Below, piece after piece: positions 11,069 through 21,968 of a stretch of DNA of 64,000 bases. This stretch comes from Parcubacteria group bacterium. Its GTDB lineage: Bacteria > Patescibacteriota > Microgenomatia > UBA1400 > PJMF01. The notes under the pieces were generated by a model. The model worked only from the letters and a program-made list of their open reading frames with translations, did not search any database and had not been told where the DNA came from. The translations under genes and the position numbers were made by a program. Numbering within the stretch: the stretch's first letter is position 1; each line of letters starts with the position of its first letter. The stretch covers positions 21,818 to 85,817 of the forward strand of contig CALQZX010000001.1 of assembly GCA_943350175.1 (NCBI GenBank), read 5' to 3'.

Positions 11069-11145
11069 TGGTGGGTGTGCTTGGAATCGAACCAAGGACC
11101 TCAGTCTTATCAGGACTGCGCTCTAACCATCTGAGCTACACACCC
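11069..11145 (-). tRNA. tRNA-Ile(GAT)
   Basis: Minus strand GGGTGTG...CAGTC-CT-GAT-AA-GACTG...GGTTCGATTCC...CACACCC-A-CCA; full cloverleaf with encoded CCA. Confidence 0.97.
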
Positions 11146-11164
11146 TATTTATCGACAAGGGTAT

Positions 11165-11173
11165 ATTTTAGCA
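11165..11173 (-). promoter_or_regulatory. Putative extended -10 promoter for tRNA-Ile/lon
   Basis: TGcTAAAAT on the minus strand about 20 nt upstream of the tRNA. Confidence 0.5.
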
Positions 11174-11344
11174 CACCTGATATATTTTTTAAGACTTATT
11201 TTCTAGTTTTTTAATAAGTGTTTCTGTTGCTGAAATTTTAGCACTGTTTTTGAAAATTAGCAATCATGTGATTACTCTGCTAATTTGGTCTTGAAAATAG
11301 AAAAATTGATATATCAGGATATATTTTGATATGTTTTGATATAT

Positions 11345-12565
11345 TTAATTTATGATTTGCCAATCACTGTAATAAGAAGTACCTCCCTGAAGTGGCCAGT
11401 TAGCTAGCTCATTGACGGTGTTGTTGATCAAATCAACAAAAACTAAGTATCGTTTTAAATCTTCTTCTTTCCTATCCACTTTGGTTGTTGAAAAGTGATC
11501 TCTACAAACTGTAACAAAGTGATTCTCATCTAGCCACTGGGTTCCAAGTAAATATTCTCCGCAATCCCCTGAAAAAACAATTTGTTTATGTTTTGCCGAT
11601 CGGAAATTAAAAACAAATAAAGTATTTGGACCATCATTTATTGGCCTTCTTGAATAGAGAAATTTTGATTCATTTGGAGAAATAGAAAAGATCGAATCAA
11701 TCTCAAACTTCAGTGGTTTAATGAAATCAGGATCATTGCTATGATAAAGAATTTTTGTAATTCTGGTGTCAAGATCATATAAAAACAATGGCTCATCGAT
11801 CTTGGTATATCTGCTCATGATTATGGCATTGGATTTTGTCAAATAACTTCCGTAAACCCCATATTCAATGTTGTTTTGAATAACATTGTTAATAGTAGAG
11901 ATTTGTTTTGTATCCAAATTTAACATTTTAATTTTGTAGGTTAATGTTGGATTAAAACCTTGGTCATGAGTGACAAAATACAATTTATTAGTACTTGAGT
12001 TATATGTTGGATAAAATGACAGATCAGTTAGATAGGTATTGCTTCCATCATCTAAATCATACAGATAATATCCACTTCTAATGCCTTCTTCCTTGATTAC
12101 AGCGCAATTACCATAGGGACAATCACTGTAAAAACTAGCATAATAAATTATTTGAGAATCATCTGGAGAAATCCATGGATGTAGATCGAATCTTATATCT
12201 AAATTTATATCTGACTTGAGTTCTATGTTTATCATGTATTCTGCGACCAAGTTGTCGCTTAAGTTTTTGACAAAAAACCTTCTATCATCTGTGAGCTTAT
12301 TAGTAAAAAAAACCCTTTGACTGTATGGGCGTTTAGCCATTGATCCAAAATTGGAAAAAGACCCAGATGTAGTCAACTCAGTTATTGTTCCATCCAAAGA
12401 AACTAGATGCGCTTTTAGCACTTGGCCGTCAGATTCAAAATTGGTGATCAGAATTTGAGCTTCACCTAAATGTTTTTGATTGATTTTATTAGAAAAGATG
12501 AAAAAACATGCAACTATTATTACTAACAACAAAAACGAGAGTAAAATTACAAATTGCTTTTTCAT
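11345..12565 (-). CDS. Membrane-anchored extracellular protein, probable TolB-like beta-propeller
   Basis: MKK followed by a hydrophobic anchor from ATG 12565; blade-like motifs WISPDDSQIIY, SISPNESKFLY, WLDENHF. Confidence 0.6.
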   Translation of the reverse strand: MKKQFVILLSFLLLVIIVACFFIFSNKINQKHLGEAQILITNFESDGQVLKAHLVSLDGTITELTTSGSFSNFGSMAKRPYSQRVFFTNKLTDDRRFFVKNLSDNLVAEYMINIELKSDINLDIRFDLHPWISPDDSQIIYYASFYSDCPYGNCAVIKEEGIRSGYYLYDLDDGSNTYLTDLSFYPTYNSSTNKLYFVTHDQGFNPTLTYKIKMLNLDTKQISTINNVIQNNIEYGVYGSYLTKSNAIIMSRYTKIDEPLFLYDLDTRITKILYHSNDPDFIKPLKFEIDSIFSISPNESKFLYSRRPINDGPNTLFVFNFRSAKHKQIVFSGDCGEYLLGTQWLDENHFVTVCRDHFSTTKVDRKEEDLKRYLVFVDLINNTVNELANWPLQGGTSYYSDWQIIN

Positions 12566-12643
12566 AATGGTTTCAAGTTTACGATATTTATTAAAACATA
12601 AACCTAAAAAAGTCGCCATGATCGATGTGTTTTCTTGAGCAAT

Positions 12644-12668
12644 AAAAAAACCGCTCAAAAAAGCGGCT
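12644..12668 (-). terminator. Intrinsic terminator ending the 16S transcript
   Basis: Minus strand AGCCGCT-TTTTTG-AGCGG followed by T7. Confidence 0.75.
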
Positions 12669-12717
12669 TCACAGAAATTCAAAAAAATCTCAAGAATAAA
12701 GATCGAAAGTAAACAGT

Positions 12718-12882
12718 AGACTTGTAACGAAATAAAATCATTGTTCCTTAACTTATCTTTTAGTTGTTTTATGATCTTTTCTTCTTCCTCAAGTAGACCA
12801 AGCTACTATCGTCATCAGAAAAAGACCAAAACATCCTAAAATCTAAGCTAATTAATCAATTATTTTATTTCGTTACAAGTCT
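12718..12882 (-). other. 165-nt rod-like hairpin in the 16S trailer
   Basis: Perfect 21-bp inverted repeat 12718-12738 / 12862-12882, with further nested pairings (TAGCTTA/TAAGTTA, TTTTAG/CTAAAA, TGTTTT/AAAACA, GGTCTTTT/AAAAGATC). Confidence 0.75.
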
Positions 12883-13013
12883 TCAATTAGATATAAATAC
12901 GGTGACAGAAAGTGAGACCTAGACACAGGGTCATAGGATTTGTTTTTTATTTCATCTAGGTCACCCTAGATGGGAGAAGGAGGTCGTGAAAAAACCCCTA
13001 CCCATTCTCCTTA

Positions 13014-14493
<1,480 letters not shown>

Positions 14494-14613
14494 AGTTTGA
14501 TTAGCTCTAAAAAACTTTTAACTACTCATTAAATCCGAAGATCTTTTTGATAAGCAAAAGCAAAATTTACTAAAAAATTGACGGACTTTTCCCTTGCGAG
14601 AAAAATCCTTGCA

Positions 14614-14626
14614 CACTTTCTATCAC
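14614..14626 (-). promoter_or_regulatory. Leader arm of the 16S processing stem (partner arm at 12902-12914)
   Basis: GTGATAGAAAGTG pairs with trailer CACTTTCTGTCAC (13 bp, one G-U). A boxA-like GATCTTTAAAAA lies at 14654-14665. Confidence 0.65.
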
Positions 14627-14789
14627 TATAATTATTTCCAATTGACTGTTTACTTTTTAAAGATCTTTTGACTCAACTTAGTTTGGCCGCAAACAAAAAA
14701 AAGGAGAGAAAAACTTGTTAGCTTTCCTTTTTTATCTAAGCGCTGAGTAATTTTATTCTTAGTCAGAACAAAATCGTTGAGTGGGAGTT

Positions 14790-14818
14790 ATTCTAAGGGC
14801 AAGTTTATGAAAAGACAA
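14790..14818 (-). promoter_or_regulatory. Sigma70-type rRNA promoter
   Basis: TTGTCT-N17-TAGAAT on the minus strand. Confidence 0.7.
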
Positions 14819-14904
14819 TAGTCAATCTAGGGCAATTTACAGATTGCTTTGCAAGCAGTTATTCTTATTTTGCTGCAACTCTATTATACTTTTGTTTGAG
14901 ACCT

Positions 14905-15621
14905 ATGCCTGCCATTAAACATGCAGTTCTATTGACGATGAGTGTTCTTGGAGCGTACTTGTATCTGCAAGTGCCTTTTTTGAGATACTACTCTCTGCAG
15001 GTTTTTGCCCTGATTAGCATTTTTTATTTAATATTACAAAAAAAACAAAGAGGCAGTGTTCATTTGATTCTTCCTGAAAACTCTTCTGCCAATCTGGCTT
15101 TGATTAATTTTGCCTTTTTACTATTAACTGGTTCCAGCGGCTCGCTTGCCTCACCTTTTTTTGCCATCACTTTTATCGAGCTTTTTTTCTTGGCTTTGGC
15201 TGCTCCCACTAAGACTTCTCTATTAGTTGCTTTGGAAATTATGGTTTTTCATTTTAGTTTAAGTATTGCCGTGAGTAGTAATTTTGCTTTATCTACTGCT
15301 GAATTATCTAATTTATTGGCTTTACCACTAGTAATGATCTTTTATCTTTTTGCCAAAGACCAATATCAGAAGGCTTATCATAATTCCCTATTGATTGACG
15401 CTGAGGAGAGAGAATTGAATAGGGCTCAAAGTGATGATCAAGCAGTGGCAGAATTTATTTCTTCTCTCATTAACAGACGCTTGCCGATGCTGGAATTTTT
15501 ACTAAGTTTTCCAGACAAGAACAAGACAGCAATTGAAGGTGAAGTCAAAATTCTTAAAAGAGACTTGAGCACTTTGACTCGTCGTATTGATAAAAAAAAT
15601 CAAGAAGAAGATGAAATCTAA
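14905..15621 (+). CDS. Hypothetical membrane protein (about 6 TM plus C-terminal coiled coil)
   Basis: Hydrophobic segments including GSSGSLASPFF; helical charged tail. Confidence 0.7.
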   Translation: MPAIKHAVLLTMSVLGAYLYLQVPFLRYYSLQVFALISIFYLILQKKQRGSVHLILPENSSANLALINFAFLLLTGSSGSLASPFFAITFIELFFLALAAPTKTSLLVALEIMVFHFSLSIAVSSNFALSTAELSNLLALPLVMIFYLFAKDQYQKAYHNSLLIDAEERELNRAQSDDQAVAEFISSLINRRLPMLEFLLSFPDKNKTAIEGEVKILKRDLSTLTRRIDKKNQEEDEI

Positions 15622-16336
15622 AATTATATTTTTTCTATTTTTCTGCTTCATATTTTCTCCTCAAGTTTCGGCTGAAAATATGGAATCCAACTCCTATAAA
15701 ATTCAATTTGGAAATTTCAACATGTCTTCTGGTAAAAAAACCAGCGGAACTTATGCTCTATCCGATACCATGGGTGGCCTGGCAGTTGGGCCTTATGGTC
15801 AATATGGGAGCACTAATTATTTTATTGGTAGCGGTTTTCAATATGTTTACCAAATAGATTATTTCAATTTTAGTATTTCAAAACTCAATATTGAGCTGGG
15901 AGAGCTTTTTACAGGTAGTTTTGGAACAGACTCCCACACCATTTCCATCACAACAACAGGAGCTAGTGGCTATAACGTTTATGCCTTTGAGAATCATCCT
16001 CTAAAATTAAGCACCGGCACTGAAACTATTAATGACACCACTTGCGATTCTAATGACTGTGATGAAACCATCGCTGCTTCCTGGACAAATCCAGCGCAAG
16101 CTGGTTTTGGCTTTAATGTTAGTGGGACTGGAGCGGCCACTGATTTTATTAATGCTAATTATTTCCGTCAGTTTGCTAATAATGAAGCGAGTGAAAGTAT
16201 GCAGCAAATTATGGGTTCAGCCAATGTAGCTTTAAATAGTACGGCGACAGTTAATTACAAGGCCTCTATGCCAGGCAATCAAGCTAGTGGCAATTATCAA
16301 ACTAGCATCGTTTTTGTGGCGGTACCTGGGTATTAA
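15611..16336 (+). CDS. Secreted beta-rich surface protein, WxL/fimbrial-subunit-like
   Basis: Signal peptide MKSKIIFF..VSA; Cys pair; GFGFNV; C-terminal ASGNYQTSIVFVAVPGY. Similar to the C-terminal domain of 17403-18875. Confidence 0.6.
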   Translation: MKSKIIFFLFFCFIFSPQVSAENMESNSYKIQFGNFNMSSGKKTSGTYALSDTMGGLAVGPYGQYGSTNYFIGSGFQYVYQIDYFNFSISKLNIELGELFTGSFGTDSHTISITTTGASGYNVYAFENHPLKLSTGTETINDTTCDSNDCDETIAASWTNPAQAGFGFNVSGTGAATDFINANYFRQFANNEASESMQQIMGSANVALNSTATVNYKASMPGNQASGNYQTSIVFVAVPGY

Positions 16337-16347
16337 AATAAATAATT

Positions 16348-17403
16348 ATGTTTTTAGAATTTTCAAATCAAGTCAAGCCTAGTAAATACCTTTTATTTGC
16401 TTTGTTTTTTTTGGCCATCAGCTCCAAGTTTGTCGCTGCCGCCTCAGCTCTTGATCTGAAAATTTATCCACCCACTGCCTATTTATCAGTTAAGCCTGGA
16501 GCCGGCATCAATCATCAAGTAAAATTGAAGAATGATGGTTTATACACATTGGAGATTACACCTGCCTTGGTAGACTTCCATAGTGACGACAAGTTTGGCC
16601 GAGTTGTTTTGGAGCAAAAAAGTGATTTCACTTCCCTAAATTTAGAGGGAGATAAGGATAACTGGGGCAAAAATTTTATTCTAAAGCCTGGTGAAGAAAG
16701 AATTCTTAATTTCGTTATTGCTCTGCCTTCTGATGCTAAATATGAAGAGCGCTATTTATCAATTTTATTTCAAGCCAAGCAGCTTTCTTTTGCCAGTGCC
16801 TCTTCAAAAGACACCTTGATCTCAGCTATTTTGGTCAGCAATGTGGTTGTTCTCATTGGTGGAGATGAGCAGAATCGAGGGGAACTCACAATTGAACAGT
16901 TCTATTTGCCAAAAATTGTGGACAGTTTTATCGGTTTTAGCTTTTCTGCTTTGGTTAAAAATATTGGCATTAACTCAACTCCGATCGATGGCTATATTAA
17001 AATTAGTCATTGGCCAGATCAGAACTCTGAGGTTTATGAGCTCTATCCAGATATGGTTTTGGCTGACAATACGAGATTAATCAGAGCAATGTCGGAAGAT
17101 GATCTTAAGACTCTTGAAAAGATGGAAGAAGGAAAGGGTGCTCAAATTGCTGCTGGGAATGATTATGCCAGTGTAAAAGAAAAGTTTATTAATGAAAAAT
17201 TGCGTTCTAAATTTTTTTATAAAAAGAGTTTTTTGATTGGTGCATACGATCTAGAATTGAAAGTTGGCGATGATGTTTTGCAAAAAAGAGTGATTGCTCT
17301 GCCTTTCTCTATTTTGTTAATCGTAATTCTTTTGCCGATCTTGTATTGGATTTTTGCAATGTTTGGCAGGTTTTTCAAAAAACTAGTTGACTTGAAGAGT
17401 TAA
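16348..17403 (+). CDS. DUF916-like (WxL-interacting/PapD-like) protein with C-terminal TM anchor
   Basis: LKIYPP..VKPG..VKLKN, LKPGEER..FVIALP, VKNIG; C-terminal TM followed by basic residues. Confidence 0.6.
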   Translation: MFLEFSNQVKPSKYLLFALFFLAISSKFVAAASALDLKIYPPTAYLSVKPGAGINHQVKLKNDGLYTLEITPALVDFHSDDKFGRVVLEQKSDFTSLNLEGDKDNWGKNFILKPGEERILNFVIALPSDAKYEERYLSILFQAKQLSFASASSKDTLISAILVSNVVVLIGGDEQNRGELTIEQFYLPKIVDSFIGFSFSALVKNIGINSTPIDGYIKISHWPDQNSEVYELYPDMVLADNTRLIRAMSEDDLKTLEKMEEGKGAQIAAGNDYASVKEKFINEKLRSKFFYKKSFLIGAYDLELKVGDDVLQKRVIALPFSILLIVILLPILYWIFAMFGRFFKKLVDLKS

Positions 17404-18875
17404 TGAGGATTATTATTAAGACATATATGAATCTCAAAAAGTATTTCTTTGTCTTTTTTTTCCTTTTAGCTGGCTCTCTCGTAGCTAAAAAATATTTGAT
17501 TTCTGCTGGAGAATTTACAAGTACTTCTGCAACGCTCAATAATGCTCGTCTTTCTTTTCGAAGTGGGCTCCAGGGCACTCAGGTGACGGGTTCTTCTCTT
17601 GTGATAATCGATACCGCTAGCTATCCATCTGAATCAGTTTTGCAATTACAAAACCGCGACACGGTTTTGATTAATGATAGTGTTTACACCGTGGCAACAA
17701 CAATCGATGATGCCTCTGATGACACCTTCAATCTAACTACTGGCCTGGATGCTAGTGATGTAACCGATGATATGGGTATTTCTGCTAGTCAGTCTGCTTC
17801 GTTAACTGTCCGTCTAACCACGATTAGTGCTCTTACTGCTGGTTCGTTTCGTATCCTGGTTCCCGCTATTGGAGCCACAGCGGCTTCTCATGATGGTATT
17901 CCAGATTCTGGCGGTTTCGAGTTTGGAAATACAGATGGTACGCCAGCTTCTATTGCCTGTCCGGTGACCGCAAGTTATGGTACTTTTACCCCAACTTCCA
18001 CCAATGCTGAGTCTGCCTCCGTAACTATCGATGGAGTCAGCTATCACTCTTTTGTTTGTGCCTATAGCGGAGCGGGTGCCATTGGCACCCCATTTGATGG
18101 CAGTACGGAAGAAGCATTCATCATTTCAAATTTAATTAATCCATCGCCAAAAGTTGGCGCCTCCAATCACACCCTAGGCCAGGCTGACACTTATACTGTT
18201 ATTATTCAACAGAGAGATTCTTCTGATGCGATAATCGATCAAACAGTGACTAAAATTGGGGTAGTTGATGCGGTTAAGGTTTCTGCCTCCATTGCGCCAC
18301 AACTCACTTTTACTATTGCTGGGTTGGCTGCTAGTTCCACAGCTTGTGGAGTTTCCACTGATGTGACAACCACTGCTTTAACCGTGCCTTTTGGAGCTTT
18401 GACCATTGGCTCTTTTGTTGACGCTGCTCAAAGATTGACAGTGACAACCAATGCTATTGGTGGCTATTCAGTGACAGCAGCTGAAAATGATCAAGTAGGG
18501 CGCGAGGCGAATGCTTGTGCCACTGATGGATCTGCCAGCATTACTTGTATTATTGATAACAGTATGACTGGAGCTAGTCACACCACTTCAGCCGATTGGG
18601 TTGATGGGGCAACTTATCCTGGATTTGGTTACAGCTTGGATGCAGTTAGTGGAGGTCCTACTGTTGCCTTTTCTTTTGATGAGAGTAGTCGTGCTTTTTC
18701 AGCCAAGCAATTTGCTGATTTAGCGGCTGCAGAAGCTGTGCAAACCATTTTTACCAGAGCAACAGTGACGGCTAGTGACGTCGTAGATGTTTGCTATCGT
18801 ATCGCTCCAGCTGCCACCAACACTGCTGGAGATTATGAAAACTATCTGGTCTATACGGCCTCAGCTACTTTTTAG
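17403..18875 (+). CDS. Large secreted Ser/Thr/Ala-rich surface protein, WxL/fimbrial-subunit-like C-terminal domain
   Basis: Signal peptide (start may be 17427); VSASIAPQLTFTI, LTVTTNAIGGYSV, GFGYSL; C-terminal TAGDYENYLVYTASATF. Confidence 0.65.
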   Translation: MRIIIKTYMNLKKYFFVFFFLLAGSLVAKKYLISAGEFTSTSATLNNARLSFRSGLQGTQVTGSSLVIIDTASYPSESVLQLQNRDTVLINDSVYTVATTIDDASDDTFNLTTGLDASDVTDDMGISASQSASLTVRLTTISALTAGSFRILVPAIGATAASHDGIPDSGGFEFGNTDGTPASIACPVTASYGTFTPTSTNAESASVTIDGVSYHSFVCAYSGAGAIGTPFDGSTEEAFIISNLINPSPKVGASNHTLGQADTYTVIIQQRDSSDAIIDQTVTKIGVVDAVKVSASIAPQLTFTIAGLAASSTACGVSTDVTTTALTVPFGALTIGSFVDAAQRLTVTTNAIGGYSVTAAENDQVGREANACATDGSASITCIIDNSMTGASHTTSADWVDGATYPGFGYSLDAVSGGPTVAFSFDESSRAFSAKQFADLAAAEAVQTIFTRATVTASDVVDVCYRIAPAATNTAGDYENYLVYTASATF

Positions 18876-18886
18876 GTACAAAAAAT

Positions 18887-19924
18887 ATGATTAAAAACTG
18901 CCCAACCAAAAACAACAATCCAACCAAAAAAAGTAATTATTTATTTTTTATTCTTTTTTTCGCAATATCTTTTTTAAATAAGACTTTTGCCGCTGATACC
19001 ATGTCGCTCACTGCAACTCCAGTGCGCTTGGGAGATGATTTCAGCATTAGTCTTTCTCCTGGTGAAAAAAAACAAGTTCAAGTTAAAGTTCGCAATGGTT
19101 CTAGTGACACCGTGGTTTTGGAGAGTGCAGCTCTAGATTTTGTCGTGGCGAGTGATGGAGCTACTCCAGTAGTGGTTGATAAGTTGCAAGCTGACAACCG
19201 TTGGAGCTTGGCCTCTTGGTTAACTTTGGCTCCAGCAGAACATAAGTTGGCAAGTGAAGAAATCGCTGTCGTAAATGTTTTAATAGAGGTGCCAAAAGAT
19301 GCTTTGCCAGGTGGGCACTACGCAATGATTTTTCACAGACCGGTCAATTCGGCTTCTGAAGATGGTTCTGGCTCAGGAATTTCTCAGCGCGTGGGCACTT
19401 TACTTTACGTGATGGTTAAGGGAAATGTCATTGAAGAAGCTGCGATCAGCTCTTTTAATTGGCCTAAATTTCTTGAAAATGGTCCAGTCGATTTTTCTCT
19501 AAATATTGACAATCAATCGGACATTCACATTAATACGAAGCCTGTTCTCAAGGTTTACAACATCTTTGGCAAAGAAGTTGTAAATATCGAGACAGAAGCA
19601 AAAAATATTTTTCCAAAGAGTGAAAGAGCTTTTTCTGGAACCTGGAATAAAGTTTGGGGACTTGGTTATTACAAAGCTATAGTTGAAGCAACCTACGGCA
19701 ATCAGGGCAAAGTCATGACAGCTCAAGCAGGCATGTTCTTAATACCAGTCAAAATGATTTTATTAGTCCTAATCATTATCTTAATCAGCACTATTTTGTT
19801 TCTTTCGCTCAAAAAGCGTAAAGAGTCTGGGTTATTAGCTTCTACTTCTAATTCTGACTCAGATTTAGAAAAAAATCCTGAAACAAATAATGAAGAATCT
19901 GATCATCCAGAAAAAAACAATTAA
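18887..19924 (+). CDS. DUF916-like (WxL-interacting/PapD-like) protein with C-terminal TM anchor
   Basis: LSPGEKK..VKVRN, LASWLTL, IEVPKDALPGGHYAMI, RVGTLLYVMV, NQSDIH, GYYKA; TM followed by KKRK. Confidence 0.7.
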   Translation: MIKNCPTKNNNPTKKSNYLFFILFFAISFLNKTFAADTMSLTATPVRLGDDFSISLSPGEKKQVQVKVRNGSSDTVVLESAALDFVVASDGATPVVVDKLQADNRWSLASWLTLAPAEHKLASEEIAVVNVLIEVPKDALPGGHYAMIFHRPVNSASEDGSGSGISQRVGTLLYVMVKGNVIEEAAISSFNWPKFLENGPVDFSLNIDNQSDIHINTKPVLKVYNIFGKEVVNIETEAKNIFPKSERAFSGTWNKVWGLGYYKAIVEATYGNQGKVMTAQAGMFLIPVKMILLVLIIILISTILFLSLKKRKESGLLASTSNSDSDLEKNPETNNEESDHPEKNN

Positions 19925-21929
19925 GTTCTTTTTAGTTTTTTTCTTTATATTTTTTACCTTTGCTTTTAACCAGCGATCTGCTTTTGCTGCTGACGTTAGC
20001 GTAAGTGCTACTGTTCCAGATTCAGTTCCTCCTTCAGTGCCAATTCTTATTGAACCTGCTGATGAATCTTCATTAGCGGACAACACCCCAACCTTTAGGT
20101 GGTATGAAGCGACTGACAATCTAGCTCTTTCAAATTATGTTTTTTATTTGAATGAGGCTGTTCTGTACGCTGGAATTCCTCTGATAAACACTGACAACAG
20201 CTATTACACTCTTGAGTATGACAGTTTAAATGGAATTTATTCTTTGACTCCCAAAGCCATTCTTGTTGATGCTTCCTATTCTTGGAAAATAGCCGCAGTT
20301 GACTATGCCAATCTAAGCTCCTCTTCAGACATTTGGAATTTTAGAATTGATACTTTGACGCCTAGCTTTGTGCTCAAAAAAATAGGTGACATTGATGTAA
20401 ATATATCTGCTGCTGATGTTGGGAGCGTTTCAACAAGTCCGATTATTATTTTTGGAAGTGATGCTACAGCGAATGAGCCAACTTTAGTGGCTCTTGGAGA
20501 AGCTAATAGTAGCGTTAAATTAACAGTAACTATTCCCGATGATCTGTCGCAAACTTTTACAACATCCATTGATGGCAATGGCAATTATTCTCTGAAACTA
20601 GGAATTCTTCCCAGAGACACTGACATCAGATTGGATTTTATCATTACTGATGGAGTTGGTCATGTTAGCGTCTTGGAAAAAGTATACATTCGCATTGCGC
20701 TCCAATATTGGCCGACAGCCACTTCCACAATTACTTTGACGCCTACCAGCATCTTGAGTCCATCTGTTAGCTCATCGCCGATTTTAACTAAGACTATTTC
20801 TCCGAGTTTAACGACCAAGCCAAGTCTAACTTCAACGCTTTCTCCCACTTTTACTCCTACAGCAACTCCCACATCAACTGGAATTATTCCCATCATTCCT
20901 CCAAGAGAAATTATTCATGAGGTAGGCGATGAATTAGTTGAAGCGATGCCTGAGGCAACAGCGAGCTATATTAGAGATTTTTTATCTTCTAAATTATGGC
21001 AGAATTTATCTTTGTTGTTTGCTCTTTTGCTAATCATTGCTTTTTATTTGTTGTCATTTTTGATTTTACTTAGTAAGTTTTTTTACATGATTTCTTGGCC
21101 GTTGATAAAAAAAATCGCAATTTTATTGTTTCCGTCCTTTTCTAAAGCTAGTAAAAATTTAGTTTTTGAATATAGAGATACTCTGGCTAGTCCTTTGACC
21201 AAAGTTGTCTTGTTGGGACAGGATGATCAGGTTATAGATTTTGCGATTACCAATTTGAATGGTAATTTTGACGATCTCTCCTACCCAGTTGATAAAAAAT
21301 GGAGATTGAAAGTTGAAGATGACAACTTCTATTATCCAATTGGTGATGAAAAACCAAGTCAACTAGAGTACTGGCAATTTTATCAGAACCAGTTGATTGG
21401 CGACGACTATTATGGTCAGGCTATCTTGATTCCGACTCTGAGAGCTGCTGGTCAGGATAAATTGCCATTTTTCGAACGCCTACGCATTTCTGTTCTCTAT
21501 TTGCTAGATTATCCTTTTTGGTTTTTGCTTATTTTTTGGCTATTTTCCTTAATTTTTGCCTTAAGATACCCAAGTATTTACAATGACATTGCTCTAATAT
21601 TTCATTCTTTCATGTTACTGTTTAAAATTTATCTTTTTCTTAAAAAGAAACTAAAATTAGTCTTAGTTGCTAATTTATTAGATGGACAGCAATTGTCCGA
21701 AAACTTAGTATTGTCTTTTTTTGATCAAGATAGTCAGCTGTCTCGTTCTATGGTCATTCCTTTTGATTTTTCAAAATCCAAGCAAATAGAACATTCTTTC
21801 AAAAAAATTACTCTCACCGCTTTCTCTAAAAATTTTGCTTTAGAAAAGGACAATCTTGTTGTCGGAAGTCAAGAAATTGTTCTCAATGAAAAAGAAGAAG
21901 TTCCTATACAAATAAAAAGAGCTTTGTAA
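19890..21929 (+). CDS. Surface protein with Ig/Fn3-like domains, Pro/Thr/Ser linker and several TM helices
   Basis: Signal peptide; VSVSATV, PPSVPILIEPAD..DNTPTFRW, YSWKIAAVD; PT-rich linker; TM segments. Confidence 0.7.
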   Translation: MKNLIIQKKTIKFFLVFFFIFFTFAFNQRSAFAADVSVSATVPDSVPPSVPILIEPADESSLADNTPTFRWYEATDNLALSNYVFYLNEAVLYAGIPLINTDNSYYTLEYDSLNGIYSLTPKAILVDASYSWKIAAVDYANLSSSSDIWNFRIDTLTPSFVLKKIGDIDVNISAADVGSVSTSPIIIFGSDATANEPTLVALGEANSSVKLTVTIPDDLSQTFTTSIDGNGNYSLKLGILPRDTDIRLDFIITDGVGHVSVLEKVYIRIALQYWPTATSTITLTPTSILSPSVSSSPILTKTISPSLTTKPSLTSTLSPTFTPTATPTSTGIIPIIPPREIIHEVGDELVEAMPEATASYIRDFLSSKLWQNLSLLFALLLIIAFYLLSFLILLSKFFYMISWPLIKKIAILLFPSFSKASKNLVFEYRDTLASPLTKVVLLGQDDQVIDFAITNLNGNFDDLSYPVDKKWRLKVEDDNFYYPIGDEKPSQLEYWQFYQNQLIGDDYYGQAILIPTLRAAGQDKLPFFERLRISVLYLLDYPFWFLLIFWLFSLIFALRYPSIYNDIALIFHSFMLLFKIYLFLKKKLKLVLVANLLDGQQLSENLVLSFFDQDSQLSRSMVIPFDFSKSKQIEHSFKKITLTAFSKNFALEKDNLVVGSQEIVLNEKEEVPIQIKRAL

Positions 21930-21968
21930 TAAAATATCTTTCCTAATATAAAAAAATAAAGTAAAAAT

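Noticed and set aside
12566-12682. N-terminal extension of the 445-aa ORF
   Set aside because: It runs through the 16S terminator. ATG 12565 gives a clean signal anchor and has a nearby -10 box.
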